A stretch of DNA of 47,070 nt from a bacterium (GCA_021823825.1 JAKANJ010000001.1:1-47070), one strand, 5' to 3'. Counted from the stretch's first letter, positions 8,623 to 18,415 are shown. Numbers and translations: made by a program. Notes: generated by a model from the sequence alone, not told the origin.

Positions 8623-9722
8623 TACTTTGTTAGAGGCATTGTTAAATAAGTAAAAGATGAATCACCTAACCCATGAATCACAACAGCTTTATTTACCTCG
8701 TTAAACTCTAAAACAAGGCTGTCTCGGTCTATTACACTCAAACAATCAAAAATATGCTTTCCGTTGAGTGCTATTTCTATCGGCTCTCCAGTCATTGTAG
8801 CGGTGAGACTTGTTTCTGTTTCACCAAGTTCTGTGTTTTTTGTAGAAATCAAGCACCTTTTCTCTTTTGGGTTGATGTTGAGCTGAATTTTATTAAATTT
8901 GTCGGAGAATAATGTAGAAAGTTTAATTGCGTTTAAAAGGTCTTGTTTAAGTACCACTATCTCTGTCGCGTGTTTCTTGGGCAAAATTTGCTCGTAGTCT
9001 GGGTAAATTCCTTGAATAACTCTTGATGTAGTATAAGCGGTTTTTCCAACGCAGGATATTTGGTTTTTAGTAATTTTAATAAGTAGTTCCTCGTTGGAAG
9101 ACTCAAAAACTTTAATAATTTCAATTATGTTTTTGATAGGAATAATTATCCCTTTAAAACTTTTACTGTTTGGGTATGACACCTTTTTTTCAGCGAGGCG
9201 GAATGAGTCGGTTGCAACAAAAACAATGTTGTTTGCTTCGTGATGGATATAAACACTTGATATTTCTGGTTTTATATCAGACATTGAAGCACTCATAAGG
9301 ACACTTTTTACACCCTGTATAAATTTTACTGAAGAAATAGTAAAGCTCTCCTCATCAGAAATATTTGGAATTGTTGGAAAATCATCTGGGGTAAACCCTT
9401 TAACACTGATATTTTTTGTTTTTGTAATTATCTTACAAACCCCATTATTTGCTGTAATTGTAATATTCTCTTCATCGGGAATATTAGCAAGGATGTTTGA
9501 AAACAGCGTCCCGGGTATAGCGACGCTTCCTTCAGTTTTAATTTCTGCTGGAATTTGAAATTCTACCCCAACTTCTAGGTTTGTTGCACGGATAATAAGA
9601 ACCTTTTTATTTGTAGCTAGAAAAACAGAACTAAGGATAGGCAGAGATAAATTCTTCCCCGTTATCCTTTCCGCATTAATAATGCATTTTTGTATTAATT
9701 CTCGGTTGCAAGTAAAATTCAT
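8622..9722 (-). CDS. dnaN: DNA polymerase III beta sliding clamp
   Basis: 366 aa and directly downstream of dnaA. N-terminal MNFTCNRELIQKCI...ERITGKNLSLPILSSVFL and a three-domain length are typical of DnaN. Confidence 0.9.
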   Translation of the reverse strand: MNFTCNRELIQKCIINAERITGKNLSLPILSSVFLATNKKVLIIRATNLEVGVEFQIPAEIKTEGSVAIPGTLFSNILANIPDEENITITANNGVCKIITKTKNISVKGFTPDDFPTIPNISDEESFTISSVKFIQGVKSVLMSASMSDIKPEISSVYIHHEANNIVFVATDSFRLAEKKVSYPNSKSFKGIIIPIKNIIEIIKVFESSNEELLIKITKNQISCVGKTAYTTSRVIQGIYPDYEQILPKKHATEIVVLKQDLLNAIKLSTLFSDKFNKIQLNINPKEKRCLISTKNTELGETETSLTATMTGEPIEIALNGKHIFDCLSVIDRDSLVLEFNEVNKAVVIHGLGDSSFTYLTMPLTK

Positions 9723-9956
9723 AGTATAGGTGTTTAATTATATATAAATACTTATTATTACTATTATATATGTTGATAAGTGGATAAACACAAAAAAGCA
9801 TTCATTTTATTAACTATTAATGAAGAACCTAAAACCCCTTCTTGTGGATAAAATAACAAAACAAGAGAATAAACAAAATTGATCAACCTATTTTTAATAA
9901 ACATACCTCGTGTTGTTAACATATTTTTAATATTTATCCACAAGAAACACACATAA
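9723..9956. promoter_or_regulatory. oriC-like dnaA-dnaN spacer with a DnaA-box cluster and AT-rich tract
   Basis: Perfect boxes TGTGGATAA at 9843-9851 and TTATCCACA at 9934-9942. 8/9 boxes TGTTGATAA at 9771-9779 and AGTGGATAA at 9779-9787. An AT-rich run spans 9741-9770. Confidence 0.7.
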
Positions 9957-11333
9957 TTAAAACATTGCACGAATCTGGTCAACCTCCTGCATTAAAGAAA
10001 GATCGTTCTTCATATCTATTTTTACTTTCTCACAAGAATGCATAACTGTTGTATGGTCACGCCCACCCAATTTTTGTCCAATTGTTGGATAGGAGATGTT
10101 AAAATCCTCACGAAGGATAAACATGGCAATCTGGCGTGGTTTAACAACCTCCTTCCTCCGGGTTTTTTCATAAACAAAACTTTCCTCAATATTGTAAAAA
10201 TCACATACAACCTTCACAATATCCTTTACAGACAACATCTTTTTAGGTTTCGCAGTGTTTTTAATGAAAGGTTTTATCTCATTAAGGGTAAGATTCCTAC
10301 TTTTGATTTGGGATTGGCAAATAATCCCATTCAAAAGACCTTCAAGCTCACGAATATTCCCCTGCACAGAAGAAGCAAGATAGTCAATTATTTCCTCCGG
10401 GGGGAAGAAGTTTTGTGTTGCAGCTTTTGCGCGTAAAATTGCAAGACGCGACTCATATTCTGGTTCTTGGACATCAACAATCATACCGGCGCTAAAACGA
10501 GATTTTAAACGAGATTCAAGCGCAGGGATATAGTTTGGGTGTTTATCAGACGAAAATATAATTTGTTTATTGTTGTGATATAGCTCATTGAAAATATGGA
10601 ACAACTCCTCTTGAGTTTTCTCCTTATTGGAGAGGAATTGGATATCATCCATAATTAAAAGATCATAGTTTCTGTATTTGTTTTTAAAAACAACCATAGC
10701 TTTTGAACCTTGGCTGACAGAGTTAATGTAGTCTACAGAAAATTTTTCAGAAGTAGTGTAAAAAACGCGCTTAGAAGGGTGGTTTTTTTTGACTTCATTA
10801 CCTACTGCTTGAATAAGGTGTGTTTTTCCTAAACCCGTGCTTCCGTAAATAAAAAGCGGGTTGTACACATTCGTTCCAACCTTTTTCAAAATAGCTTGAG
10901 CCGCAGTATAGGCAAGCTCATTAAATGATCCAATAATAAAGTTATCAAAAGTGTAGCGCTGGTTTAACCCGTCTTCCCTATTAACATATAAATTCGCAAG
11001 TGGTAGCTCGCCTTCCTGGGGTGTATTTTGGAGAGATAACTCTTTTTTTTCTTGTTTTTTTTCTTCTACCCTAAAAACAGTGTATTCAATACCGCGAATA
11101 TTTTCTGAGAGATTTCTCAAGGAGCGCAAAATCATTTTATGGAACTTGTTTTGAAGCCAATCCTTAACAAACTCATTGGGAACACCTACAAAAACAATTC
11201 CATCATCTTGTTTTAGTATTGTTGTGTTTTTAAACCAAGTACTAAAATTTGCGCGCGAAAGATCACCCTCAAACTCAGAAAGCGCTCTTTCCCAAAGCTG
11301 TGTGTTCTCTGATGTTGAATTAGGTGAACTCAT
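9957..11333 (-). CDS. dnaA: Chromosomal replication initiator DnaA
   Basis: AAA+ motifs GSTGLGKTHL and LLIMDDIQFL. The C-terminal DNA-binding domain reads PRQIAMFILRE...GGRDHTTVMHSCEKV. Confidence 0.97.
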   Translation of the reverse strand: MSSPNSTSENTQLWERALSEFEGDLSRANFSTWFKNTTILKQDDGIVFVGVPNEFVKDWLQNKFHKMILRSLRNLSENIRGIEYTVFRVEEKKQEKKELSLQNTPQEGELPLANLYVNREDGLNQRYTFDNFIIGSFNELAYTAAQAILKKVGTNVYNPLFIYGSTGLGKTHLIQAVGNEVKKNHPSKRVFYTTSEKFSVDYINSVSQGSKAMVVFKNKYRNYDLLIMDDIQFLSNKEKTQEELFHIFNELYHNNKQIIFSSDKHPNYIPALESRLKSRFSAGMIVDVQEPEYESRLAILRAKAATQNFFPPEEIIDYLASSVQGNIRELEGLLNGIICQSQIKSRNLTLNEIKPFIKNTAKPKKMLSVKDIVKVVCDFYNIEESFVYEKTRRKEVVKPRQIAMFILREDFNISYPTIGQKLGGRDHTTVMHSCEKVKIDMKNDLSLMQEVDQIRAMF

Positions 11334-11400
11334 GTTTTTTATTATAGTCTTCTCTGAAGAAATAAAGAAAGAAAATTAGGGGAAGGATTAGTGAATAGAT

Positions 11401-11421
11401 TGTGGATAAACTGTGGATAGA
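11401..11421. promoter_or_regulatory. DnaA boxes in the dnaA/rpmH divergent promoter region
   Basis: TGTGGATAA at 11401-11409 is a perfect match and TGTGGATAG at 11413-11421 is 8/9. The boxes are 3 nt apart. Confidence 0.65.
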
Positions 11422-11524
11422 TTACCATATAAAAGAACAAGACCAAAGAGTGATAAAGAATCCCCTGTTTTTAATAAATAAGAAAGACTAGATTTTTTCC
11501 AGGAATAGTGTATAGTGTCCCATT

Positions 11525-11662
11525 ATGTCACAAACATACCAGCCTAAAAAAAGAAAACGAGCGACAACACATGGGTTTCTTGTTCGTTCGGGCACAAAAA
11601 GTGGTAAAAATGTCCTAAAACGACGCCGCCAAAAAGGCCGAAAACTTTTGTCTACTGTCTAA
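11525..11662 (+). CDS. rpmH: 50S ribosomal protein L34
   Basis: A manually found 45-aa ORF, below the track cutoff: [45 protein letters not shown]. It sits in the canonical position before rnpA. Confidence 0.93.
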   Translation: MSQTYQPKKRKRATTHGFLVRSGTKSGKNVLKRRRQKGRKLLSTV

Positions 11663-11689
11663 AACCCTACAATAAAGGGTATAAATCAT

Positions 11690-12025
11690 ATGCTTTCTCG
11701 TAAGAACCGCATATCAAAAAAGGAGTTCCCCTCACCAAAGGCCAAGGGAGCTCGTTTTTTTTCAACCTCTTTTTCTACAACCATCTATACTGGAAAAGAC
11801 AAAACCCTTTTTTCTATTGTCGTTTCAAAGAAAATATCTAAAAAAGCTGTTGATCGAAACCACTTAAAGCGACAATTTTATTCCTTAGCAGAAAAACACC
11901 TCAAAACTATTATAAAAGGAGTTAAAATTGTTATATACCCTAAAAAGGAAGCACTTAAGACACCTTTTCTTTTATTACAAAAGGAGCTGTCCACTGTTTT
12001 AAAAACGGCAAAATTAATACCTTAA
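11690..12025 (+). CDS. rnpA: Ribonuclease P protein component
   Basis: A basic 111-aa protein in the conserved rpmH-rnpA-yidD-yidC order, with AVDRNHLKRQ matching the RNR-type motif region. Confidence 0.8.
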   Translation: MLSRKNRISKKEFPSPKAKGARFFSTSFSTTIYTGKDKTLFSIVVSKKISKKAVDRNHLKRQFYSLAEKHLKTIIKGVKIVIYPKKEALKTPFLLLQKELSTVLKTAKLIP

Positions 12026-12026
12026 A

Positions 12027-12257
12027 ATGAGGAAAATTATTGCTTCAGCCATAACATTTTACCAAAAGTTTATTTCCTTAGACACAGGTATTTTTTCCTA
12101 TAAAAAGGGGACGACCTGCGTTTTTTACCCAACCTGCTCTGAGTATACAAAACAGGGAGTTATTAAATACGGAGTTATTAAAGGGTCTTTTTTGGGCTTT
12201 AAAAGAATCATACGCTGTCACCCCTGGCAGAAAGAGCATATTGACCCACTCCCCTAG
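12027..12257 (+). CDS. yidD: Membrane protein insertion efficiency factor YidD
   Basis: CVFYPTCSEYTKQGVIKYG...RIIRCHPW matches the YidD signature. 76 aa. Confidence 0.87.
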   Translation: MRKIIASAITFYQKFISLDTGIFSYKKGTTCVFYPTCSEYTKQGVIKYGVIKGSFLGFKRIIRCHPWQKEHIDPLP

Positions 12258-12289
12258 TAAAAAGGGTGTATTTACGCTACTATAGCCGA

Positions 12290-13018
12290 ATGATTTTAAG
12301 TATTTTAAAAACAATTTTTTATCAGCCGCTCTATAACGGACTTATTATTGGCCTCTCTATTATCCCCGGAGCAAACGTGGGTGTTGTAGTGATTCTTTTA
12401 ACCCTTGTTGTGCGAAGTGTCCTTTTGCCCTTCTCCCATAAATCTGTTGTTTCCCAATCAAAAATGAGGCAAATTGCGCCTAAAATTGAAGGTATCAAGG
12501 AACAATACAAAGATGATAAACAGGAACAAGCAAGGAAAACCATGGAACTTTATAAGGAACATGGAGTAAATCCATTTTCTGGGTGTGTTGTTATTCTTAT
12601 ACAGCTACCCGTGCTCTTTTCTCTGTATTACGTATTCTCAAAGGGCCTCAGCACGCTTAATGGTGACATCCTCTACTCTTTTGTTCATGTCCCTGCGGTT
12701 GTTGACATGACGTTTTTTGGGATAATTCTTTCTGGGAAAAGTGTGTTACTTGCAGCCATCGCCGCAATTTCTCAGTATTTCCAAATAAAACTATCCGTTC
12801 CACCGGTGCCACCCTTGGCTCCAGGGGCAAAGCCAACCTTTAAAGATGATTTTGCGCGAAGCTTTAGTTCTCAAATGAAATACATGCTACCAATTATCGT
12901 TTTTGGTATTTCTTACTCAATTTCTGCCGCCGTGGCGCTTTATTGGGCAACAAGCAACACTTTCTCAGTCTTTCATGAGCTTTATGTAAAAAGGAAAGCA
13001 GAAGAAATTAAAGCGTAA
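12290..13018 (+). CDS. yidC: Membrane protein insertase YidC (short form)
   Basis: Multi-TM, with the KMRQIAPKIEGIKEQYKDDKQEQARKTMELYKEHGVNPFSGC loop typical of YidC/Oxa1. The ATG at 12290 is preferred over the GTG at 12266. Confidence 0.87.
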   Translation: MILSILKTIFYQPLYNGLIIGLSIIPGANVGVVVILLTLVVRSVLLPFSHKSVVSQSKMRQIAPKIEGIKEQYKDDKQEQARKTMELYKEHGVNPFSGCVVILIQLPVLFSLYYVFSKGLSTLNGDILYSFVHVPAVVDMTFFGIILSGKSVLLAAIAAISQYFQIKLSVPPVPPLAPGAKPTFKDDFARSFSSQMKYMLPIIVFGISYSISAAVALYWATSNTFSVFHELYVKRKAEEIKA

Positions 13019-13025
13019 AGAATTT

Positions 13026-13065
13026 AAAAAAACCCTAGCGGTAGATCTACCGCTAGGGTTTTTTT
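13026..13065. terminator. Bidirectional intrinsic terminator (yidC / end of the T4SS-like operon)
   Basis: aaaaaaaCCCTAGCGGTAGAtCTACCGCTAGGGttttttt: a perfect 13-bp palindromic stem with A and T flanks between convergent genes. Confidence 0.85.
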
Positions 13066-13076
13066 AAAAATCTTTT

Positions 13077-14435
13077 CTAACGAATTTTTTGCATATCGGG
13101 TGTTATTGCTGATGGTAAAATTGTTGGCGTTGTTGTATTACTAGAGGAAACCGTTTGTGGGGTATCAATAAGTCGATACACCCATGGAGTGCTGGTGATT
13201 TTATCAACAAATAAGAGATACGCATCGTTTGAGGACAAGAGGAGGTTGGTCATATCCATCGCTGGAGCTCCGTAGGCGCCCGGGACCATTATGGGTGTTA
13301 CATTGAGGGTTGCGACGTCAATCCTCCACAAAGAATCTGAAAACGAAATAACACCTTGGTACCATTGATCTGGGTATGTTCCTGTTGGGATATTCTGTGG
13401 CACGGCGCAGTAAACGACAGTTTTTTGCATTGTGGACCAAACACATTTTTCTGGAAGTGTTTGAAGAGATATTTGATTACTTGTTTTTTTTGTCGTGTCA
13501 TACACAGAGAGTTGAGGGACGCCAACTTGAGTTCCAGAATATAAAACATATTTTCCGTCAGTGTTTGTGAGTGTTGTAAGGCCATTTATGTCACCTAAAA
13601 TTTTTGTTACTGCTTTTGTCTTAGGGTTCAAGAAAAACATATCACCAGGAACATCAGCGGAAGGTTTTGTGTTTAATGTGACAAGGTTTTTGTTGGGAAA
13701 CTGTGGTAGCCACTCAGTAAATGGGGAGCTAAATATATTTATTGCAGAACTATTTTTAAAATCAGTCACAAACCCCAGTATTGGTCCACCAGTGTCCTTT
13801 AGATAAAAAAGTGTATTACTATTGTCTCCTGCAGTTGAAGCAAAAGGAATATAGTCAGGAAGAAAAACTTCCTCTGTTTTTAAGAAGGATGGCTGAACAC
13901 TCTCTGTGGAGGTGCTTATTGTTATTGGGGTTGCGGATGTGCCTAGGTTGATAATATGGCTTTTGATAAGGCCATCTGTCTGGCTATCAAGGTAGCGGAA
14001 AATAACACTATTTCCTTTATTCCCCCAAAGGGCTTCTGCAACCTGTGGATGTGTTTCGTTTGAAATCCTTGTCTCAGCAAATGTATTAAGCGGTGTTTCA
14101 AAAATATTACCTAAACTCCGCTCCATGTAGCGAGCACTCACAGAAAGAGAAGAACCTGAACCTGTTTCATAAAACCCCGCACCAGCGACAGGGGTTGTGT
14201 GAAGTTGATAAAGACGTGGAAGGGGTGCTCCAGATCCCGGTACAAAATTACTTACGCTACCGTACCCTCCCGCGCCACCAGTGCCACCGCCAGGCGCTTG
14301 GGCACCACTCCCTTGAGGGAATGTGGGGACGCCACTCGTTTGCGGGGTTGTTTTCCTAGAAAGAAGGAAAAATACTCCAACTGCGAGAAGAAGGACAACT
14401 ACGATTACTAGAATGATGAGATTGCGACGTTTCAT
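13077..14435 (-). CDS. Membrane-anchored extracytoplasmic protein, unknown function (last gene of the T4SS-like operon)
   Basis: N-terminal TM LIILVIVVVLLLAVGVFFLL, then a Gly/Pro-rich linker and a roughly 380-aa beta-rich region. No motif recognised. Confidence 0.7.
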   Translation of the reverse strand: MKRRNLIILVIVVVLLLAVGVFFLLSRKTTPQTSGVPTFPQGSGAQAPGGGTGGAGGYGSVSNFVPGSGAPLPRLYQLHTTPVAGAGFYETGSGSSLSVSARYMERSLGNIFETPLNTFAETRISNETHPQVAEALWGNKGNSVIFRYLDSQTDGLIKSHIINLGTSATPITISTSTESVQPSFLKTEEVFLPDYIPFASTAGDNSNTLFYLKDTGGPILGFVTDFKNSSAINIFSSPFTEWLPQFPNKNLVTLNTKPSADVPGDMFFLNPKTKAVTKILGDINGLTTLTNTDGKYVLYSGTQVGVPQLSVYDTTKKTSNQISLQTLPEKCVWSTMQKTVVYCAVPQNIPTGTYPDQWYQGVISFSDSLWRIDVATLNVTPIMVPGAYGAPAMDMTNLLLSSNDAYLLFVDKITSTPWVYRLIDTPQTVSSSNTTTPTILPSAITPDMQKIR

Positions 14436-14451
14436 GAATTAAATATGGTGT

Positions 14452-15378
14452 TTAATAGCAAACGTGCCAATGAGGGCTCGAACTATCTGTTGCTGGGGGG
14501 GTTCCTTCGGCAACGTAGGTGCCCGCGCCGGGGCCTGTTACATAATAATGATTTGCACTATCTACACCACAACCTTTGGCTGGAGCAGTGGGTGCTGGGG
14601 CATGGCTTTTAATATAGTTATCTAGTTGGGATGTGTGATGGAGGTCAACCATTGGCTGTCCTGGACCATGTGTTTGGTGTCCCCACTCTGTTCCACCAGT
14701 TATTGCTACGGAACAGTTGCAAGCTGTTGCGAGGGCTCTAACTCCATTAATGGCGCTCGTGGGGAGTTGGTACACACTTGTGCAATGTGACGGTATCGTG
14801 GTTTGGTCTGTTCTCCCTGTGCAGTCTGGCGTATATACCGAGACAACAGCGTTGTTGGGTAGCGGGGCAGTAAGAAGTGCTCGTTCACTGCTGTCGTCTG
14901 GCCAAGGACCAACAATGGTGCCATTTGCGCCCACACTAGTTCCTGTTGTGGAAGTGGTGCTAGCAAAATCCATTGGTGATAAACCGACAGGGGGCAACGC
15001 AAGATTAAAATTTACCAAATCGGGGTTAATTGAGTTGAGTATCAAATAAGAGGTAAGAACAAGAGCAAGGCCAATGAATGCATTTATCATCTTCTCTTTC
15101 GCGTCCATCTTTGCACTTGGAGAAATCCCCTTTGCAACATATTCTACCCCTGCAAGGATAGACATAATGACCGCAAGACCTGCACCAAGCGCGATAATAA
15201 GCTTTATCGCTCCCGCGAGATAGGTGGACATCGTGTAGGTGGACAGCGTGCTTCCCCCTGGCCCAATAGGTAGTGGTGCAAGGGGTGTATATGATGCGGA
15301 GATATCAGCGTGAGCGATAAAAGCACCTCCAATGAGGGCAACAAGTATTCCGCTAATTATTGGTGCAAATTTTTTCAT
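14452..15378 (-). CDS. T4SS pilin-like (VirB2/TrbC-type two-helix) protein fused to a putative LAS/M15-type zinc peptidase domain
   Basis: A signal peptide ends in AHA. Two hydrophobic helices (YLAGAIKLIIALGAGLAVIMSILAGV and INAFIGLALVLTSYLIL) flank the charged loop AKGISPSAKMDAKEKM. The Cys-rich C-terminal domain carries ITGGTEWGHQTHGPGQPMVDLHH and a terminal PHWHV. Confidence 0.6.
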   Translation of the reverse strand: MKKFAPIISGILVALIGGAFIAHADISASYTPLAPLPIGPGGSTLSTYTMSTYLAGAIKLIIALGAGLAVIMSILAGVEYVAKGISPSAKMDAKEKMINAFIGLALVLTSYLILNSINPDLVNFNLALPPVGLSPMDFASTTSTTGTSVGANGTIVGPWPDDSSERALLTAPLPNNAVVSVYTPDCTGRTDQTTIPSHCTSVYQLPTSAINGVRALATACNCSVAITGGTEWGHQTHGPGQPMVDLHHTSQLDNYIKSHAPAPTAPAKGCGVDSANHYYVTGPGAGTYVAEGTPPATDSSSPHWHVCY

Positions 15379-15387
15379 AACTTTTAA

Positions 15388-16533
15388 TTAAAATAATGTG
15401 TTACCTTGTGTGCTCTCGTTGTTACTAAAATAAATATGGAGAGACTGGCTCGCCTCCTGAAAAGATTTTTCAATATTACTCATAGAGAGTGAAATAAGTG
15501 AATCTCCTTGTGCCCCAGTATCGTTACGAAGGGTGATAGAACGACCATAGTTTTGTGTCGTTTGGCCGTTCATAGACCACGTGTAGCTGAGTGTTTGGGT
15601 GTCAGACTCATCGTTTGAGAAAAAATATGGCTCAGCAACAATCGTAATCTGTTTTTTAGAAAGAGTGTAATTCATTTGTATTGGGTTGTTATATAAAACC
15701 CCCAAAAGTGGGTCCTTCTCATAAAAAAGAATAAATGGTTGCGTTAAGGAAAGTGCGACTTGTGTTTCTGACTGAACACTATTATCAAGGGAGGAGACAA
15801 CAACACTCACATTCGCATCACTATATGGTTTTGGGCCCAAAAAAGAAAAGACATTTTTCCCATATCCAGAAGCGGAACTAACAACCGCTCCATCCTTTTT
15901 CCAAACATACACAAGGTTGCCGGCGCTCAGTGCGTTACCCGGTGTGTTGTTGTCTGGGATAGCGACAACCTGAACTTGCGCTTGTGGGGCGAGAAGGGCT
16001 TTGCCACGGTAAAACGGAGGCGTATAGGTGGTAGCTTGCCAAAGGGTCGTAATACCAATCGGTTGCCACGACAACTTTTTTGTCACATAGTCCCCCTCTG
16101 GGGTGCTAATAGAAACAGAAAGCCGTGTTACTACACCACTTGCGCCGTTTTGAAAACTAAATGTTCTTTGACCAACACCGCTCGATACAAGCTGTCCGTT
16201 GATTGACCACTTGAATGTTGCTTTATCAAGATCACTCAAATAACTATCAATAGTCACAGTTATTGTATCGTTAGGACCAGGATTTTCTGGGGTTGATTTA
16301 ATATCAAGGTAGTTACTGACAGGGTTTGAGCTTTGGGAAAGACTTGCCGACTGTACCGCAGAGCCCGCAAGTTGTTGCAACTGTGAGCTTATTAAGTCAT
16401 ATAGAGTGCTAGATAGGGGGGGTGTCGTGGTGGCGGTGTCCGTTGTTGTCGCTGTTTGTGCATGAACAAAAAACGGTATCACTAAAATTGCTACCAAGAG
16501 AATACGGTGTAATGCAGTGCGCAAATGATGCAT
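15388..16533 (-). CDS. Secreted protein with three internal beta-rich repeats, unknown function
   Basis: A signal peptide ends in VHAQ. The repeated motif appears as TFKWSINGQLVSSGVGQRTFSF, LVYVWKKDGAVVSSASGYGKNVFSF and LSYTWSMNGQTTQNYGRSITL. Confidence 0.7.
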   Translation of the reverse strand: MHHLRTALHRILLVAILVIPFFVHAQTATTTDTATTTPPLSSTLYDLISSQLQQLAGSAVQSASLSQSSNPVSNYLDIKSTPENPGPNDTITVTIDSYLSDLDKATFKWSINGQLVSSGVGQRTFSFQNGASGVVTRLSVSISTPEGDYVTKKLSWQPIGITTLWQATTYTPPFYRGKALLAPQAQVQVVAIPDNNTPGNALSAGNLVYVWKKDGAVVSSASGYGKNVFSFLGPKPYSDANVSVVVSSLDNSVQSETQVALSLTQPFILFYEKDPLLGVLYNNPIQMNYTLSKKQITIVAEPYFFSNDESDTQTLSYTWSMNGQTTQNYGRSITLRNDTGAQGDSLISLSMSNIEKSFQEASQSLHIYFSNNESTQGNTLF

Positions 16534-16586
16534 GTGATTACATTATAACGCGGAATATGTAAAGGCGCTATAGTGGAACAGTGAAA

Positions 16587-18410
16587 CTATTTAGTAGCCT
16601 GCTCCTCTGAAGCGAGAAGCTCACTTTTTGCTTTTTTTATAGCAAGAATTTGAGATGGATCAGAAGTAATAATTTGGTCTTCTGTGTAGGAGGCAATAGT
16701 GCGGATTGCCACATGTTTCATCCCTGCAAAAAAGATACCCTCCCCCACCCCAGACTCAAGTAAAAGAAACTTCTCTTCATCGGTCAAATTGAAGGCTTTT
16801 TGGACAGCATCTATCGCTGTAGGAGACTGTTTTAATAGAATTTGTATTGAAGAGTTTGTAATAATAGGAAGACCATAAGGGGAGCGGAGGAAGTCATTAA
16901 CATCTTGGGTTATTGTTGCAATTCCTAAGTAGTATTTACGACCTCGCTTTGCAAGAGAGTATAGGAACGCTGCAGTGTCCTCAGACTTCATCATCCACCA
17001 TGCCTCATCAACAACCAACAATCTCTTTCGCAGGGTGCGACGGATTGCATTCCAGATGAAGTGCGTCACCAGATACATTGCAACCGGCTTAAGGTCGTCT
17101 TCCATGTCACGAACCGAGAAAACGATAAATTTACGATTAATATCAACGTTTGAGGGCTGGTTGATAAACCCTGCCCATGACCCACGGGTGTATTTAGTGA
17201 GTTTCGTGAGAATTCCCTCGGCTCCATCCATACCTCCAAGTACAAGCTCAAAATCAGAAAGAAGTGGCGCTTCTATTGCGGTAAAATCAGAGTCAGGAGT
17301 TATATCTTTAAGCGCATAGGTTTCAGAAATTGCGCGATCAACAATCGCATCCTCTTCTGGGGTAAGGCCACCAAGCATTAAGCGGAAAAGACCGACAAGG
17401 TTTATGACGTTGGAGCGCAGGACATCACCAGGAGCTTCATCTTCTCGGGGAACCGGCAGGTCAAAGGGGTTGATGTGGTGTTCGGAGTTTAACGAAATGT
17501 TGAAGTAACGACCCCCCACAGCCTCTGCCATAGACTCATATTCTCGCTCGGGGTCAATAACAATAACATCGGTATCAAACATCAAACTACGAAGTATTTC
17601 GAGTTTAGTGGCGTAGGATTTTCCAGAACCAGACTTTGCAAACGTAACAGAATTGAAGTTTTCAAGAGAAAAACGATCAAAGAGGACAAGCGATGAGTTG
17701 TGGCGATTGATACCATAAAGGATTCCATGGTCTGAAGTGAGGTCAAATGAGACAAATGGGAAGAAACTTGAAAGTGGCTCCGAGTTTATTTTTTGGGTAA
17801 CGGTTATTTTGTCGTCATCCATCGGTATAATGCTCTGGAATGCCTCAACCTGTTGGAAAAGAGCTGGACGAATATAGATAAGACGGGACTCAAGCATTGA
17901 TTTAATCTCTGCCTCTGCATGACCAAGCTCCTCCTCAGAGTCAGCGTATAGCGAAATATACAACCCAACGTCAAACATTTTTTCTTGTGCTTGCTGGAGA
18001 CGATCGCGCAATGCTTCCAGGTCTCGATATGCGGCCTCAAGCATTGGATCCCTCACGAACCCCTTTCCTTCTCGTATATTAATCTGGCTCTGCACCTCAG
18101 CAACCTTTTTTTCAAACTTCTTCATTATTGCCGCGGTGTCAACGGGGTGAATATAAATTGAAATATCAAAAACTTTATCCAAATTGATAAGGGGAGAAAG
18201 CCAGTTGTCGGTAACTGTGCTTGGGTAGGAGGTGATAAAAAATGAACGTACAACCTTTTCTCCGAGGACAAGATCTTTTGAGGTAACTTTGACCGCCGAT
18301 GGTGCTATCACGTCATTTAAATTGAGCGCAGACTCAGCATACATCTCCTGTGGAAGAATAGGGATTACGTTTTCGTCGGTTGTTTTTTGTTTTTTGAAAA
18401 AATCAAACAT
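16587..18410 (-). CDS. virB4: VirB4/TrbE-family type IV secretion ATPase
   Basis: Walker A FAKSGSGKSYAT, Walker B RLLVVDEAWWMM, C-terminal ITQD motif GIATITQDVNDF. 607 aa. The genomic context includes PrgI-like and VirB6-like genes. Confidence 0.88.
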   Translation of the reverse strand: MFDFFKKQKTTDENVIPILPQEMYAESALNLNDVIAPSAVKVTSKDLVLGEKVVRSFFITSYPSTVTDNWLSPLINLDKVFDISIYIHPVDTAAIMKKFEKKVAEVQSQINIREGKGFVRDPMLEAAYRDLEALRDRLQQAQEKMFDVGLYISLYADSEEELGHAEAEIKSMLESRLIYIRPALFQQVEAFQSIIPMDDDKITVTQKINSEPLSSFFPFVSFDLTSDHGILYGINRHNSSLVLFDRFSLENFNSVTFAKSGSGKSYATKLEILRSLMFDTDVIVIDPEREYESMAEAVGGRYFNISLNSEHHINPFDLPVPREDEAPGDVLRSNVINLVGLFRLMLGGLTPEEDAIVDRAISETYALKDITPDSDFTAIEAPLLSDFELVLGGMDGAEGILTKLTKYTRGSWAGFINQPSNVDINRKFIVFSVRDMEDDLKPVAMYLVTHFIWNAIRRTLRKRLLVVDEAWWMMKSEDTAAFLYSLAKRGRKYYLGIATITQDVNDFLRSPYGLPIITNSSIQILLKQSPTAIDAVQKAFNLTDEEKFLLLESGVGEGIFFAGMKHVAIRTIASYTEDQIITSDPSQILAIKKAKSELLASEEQATK

Positions 18411-18415
18411 AAATT

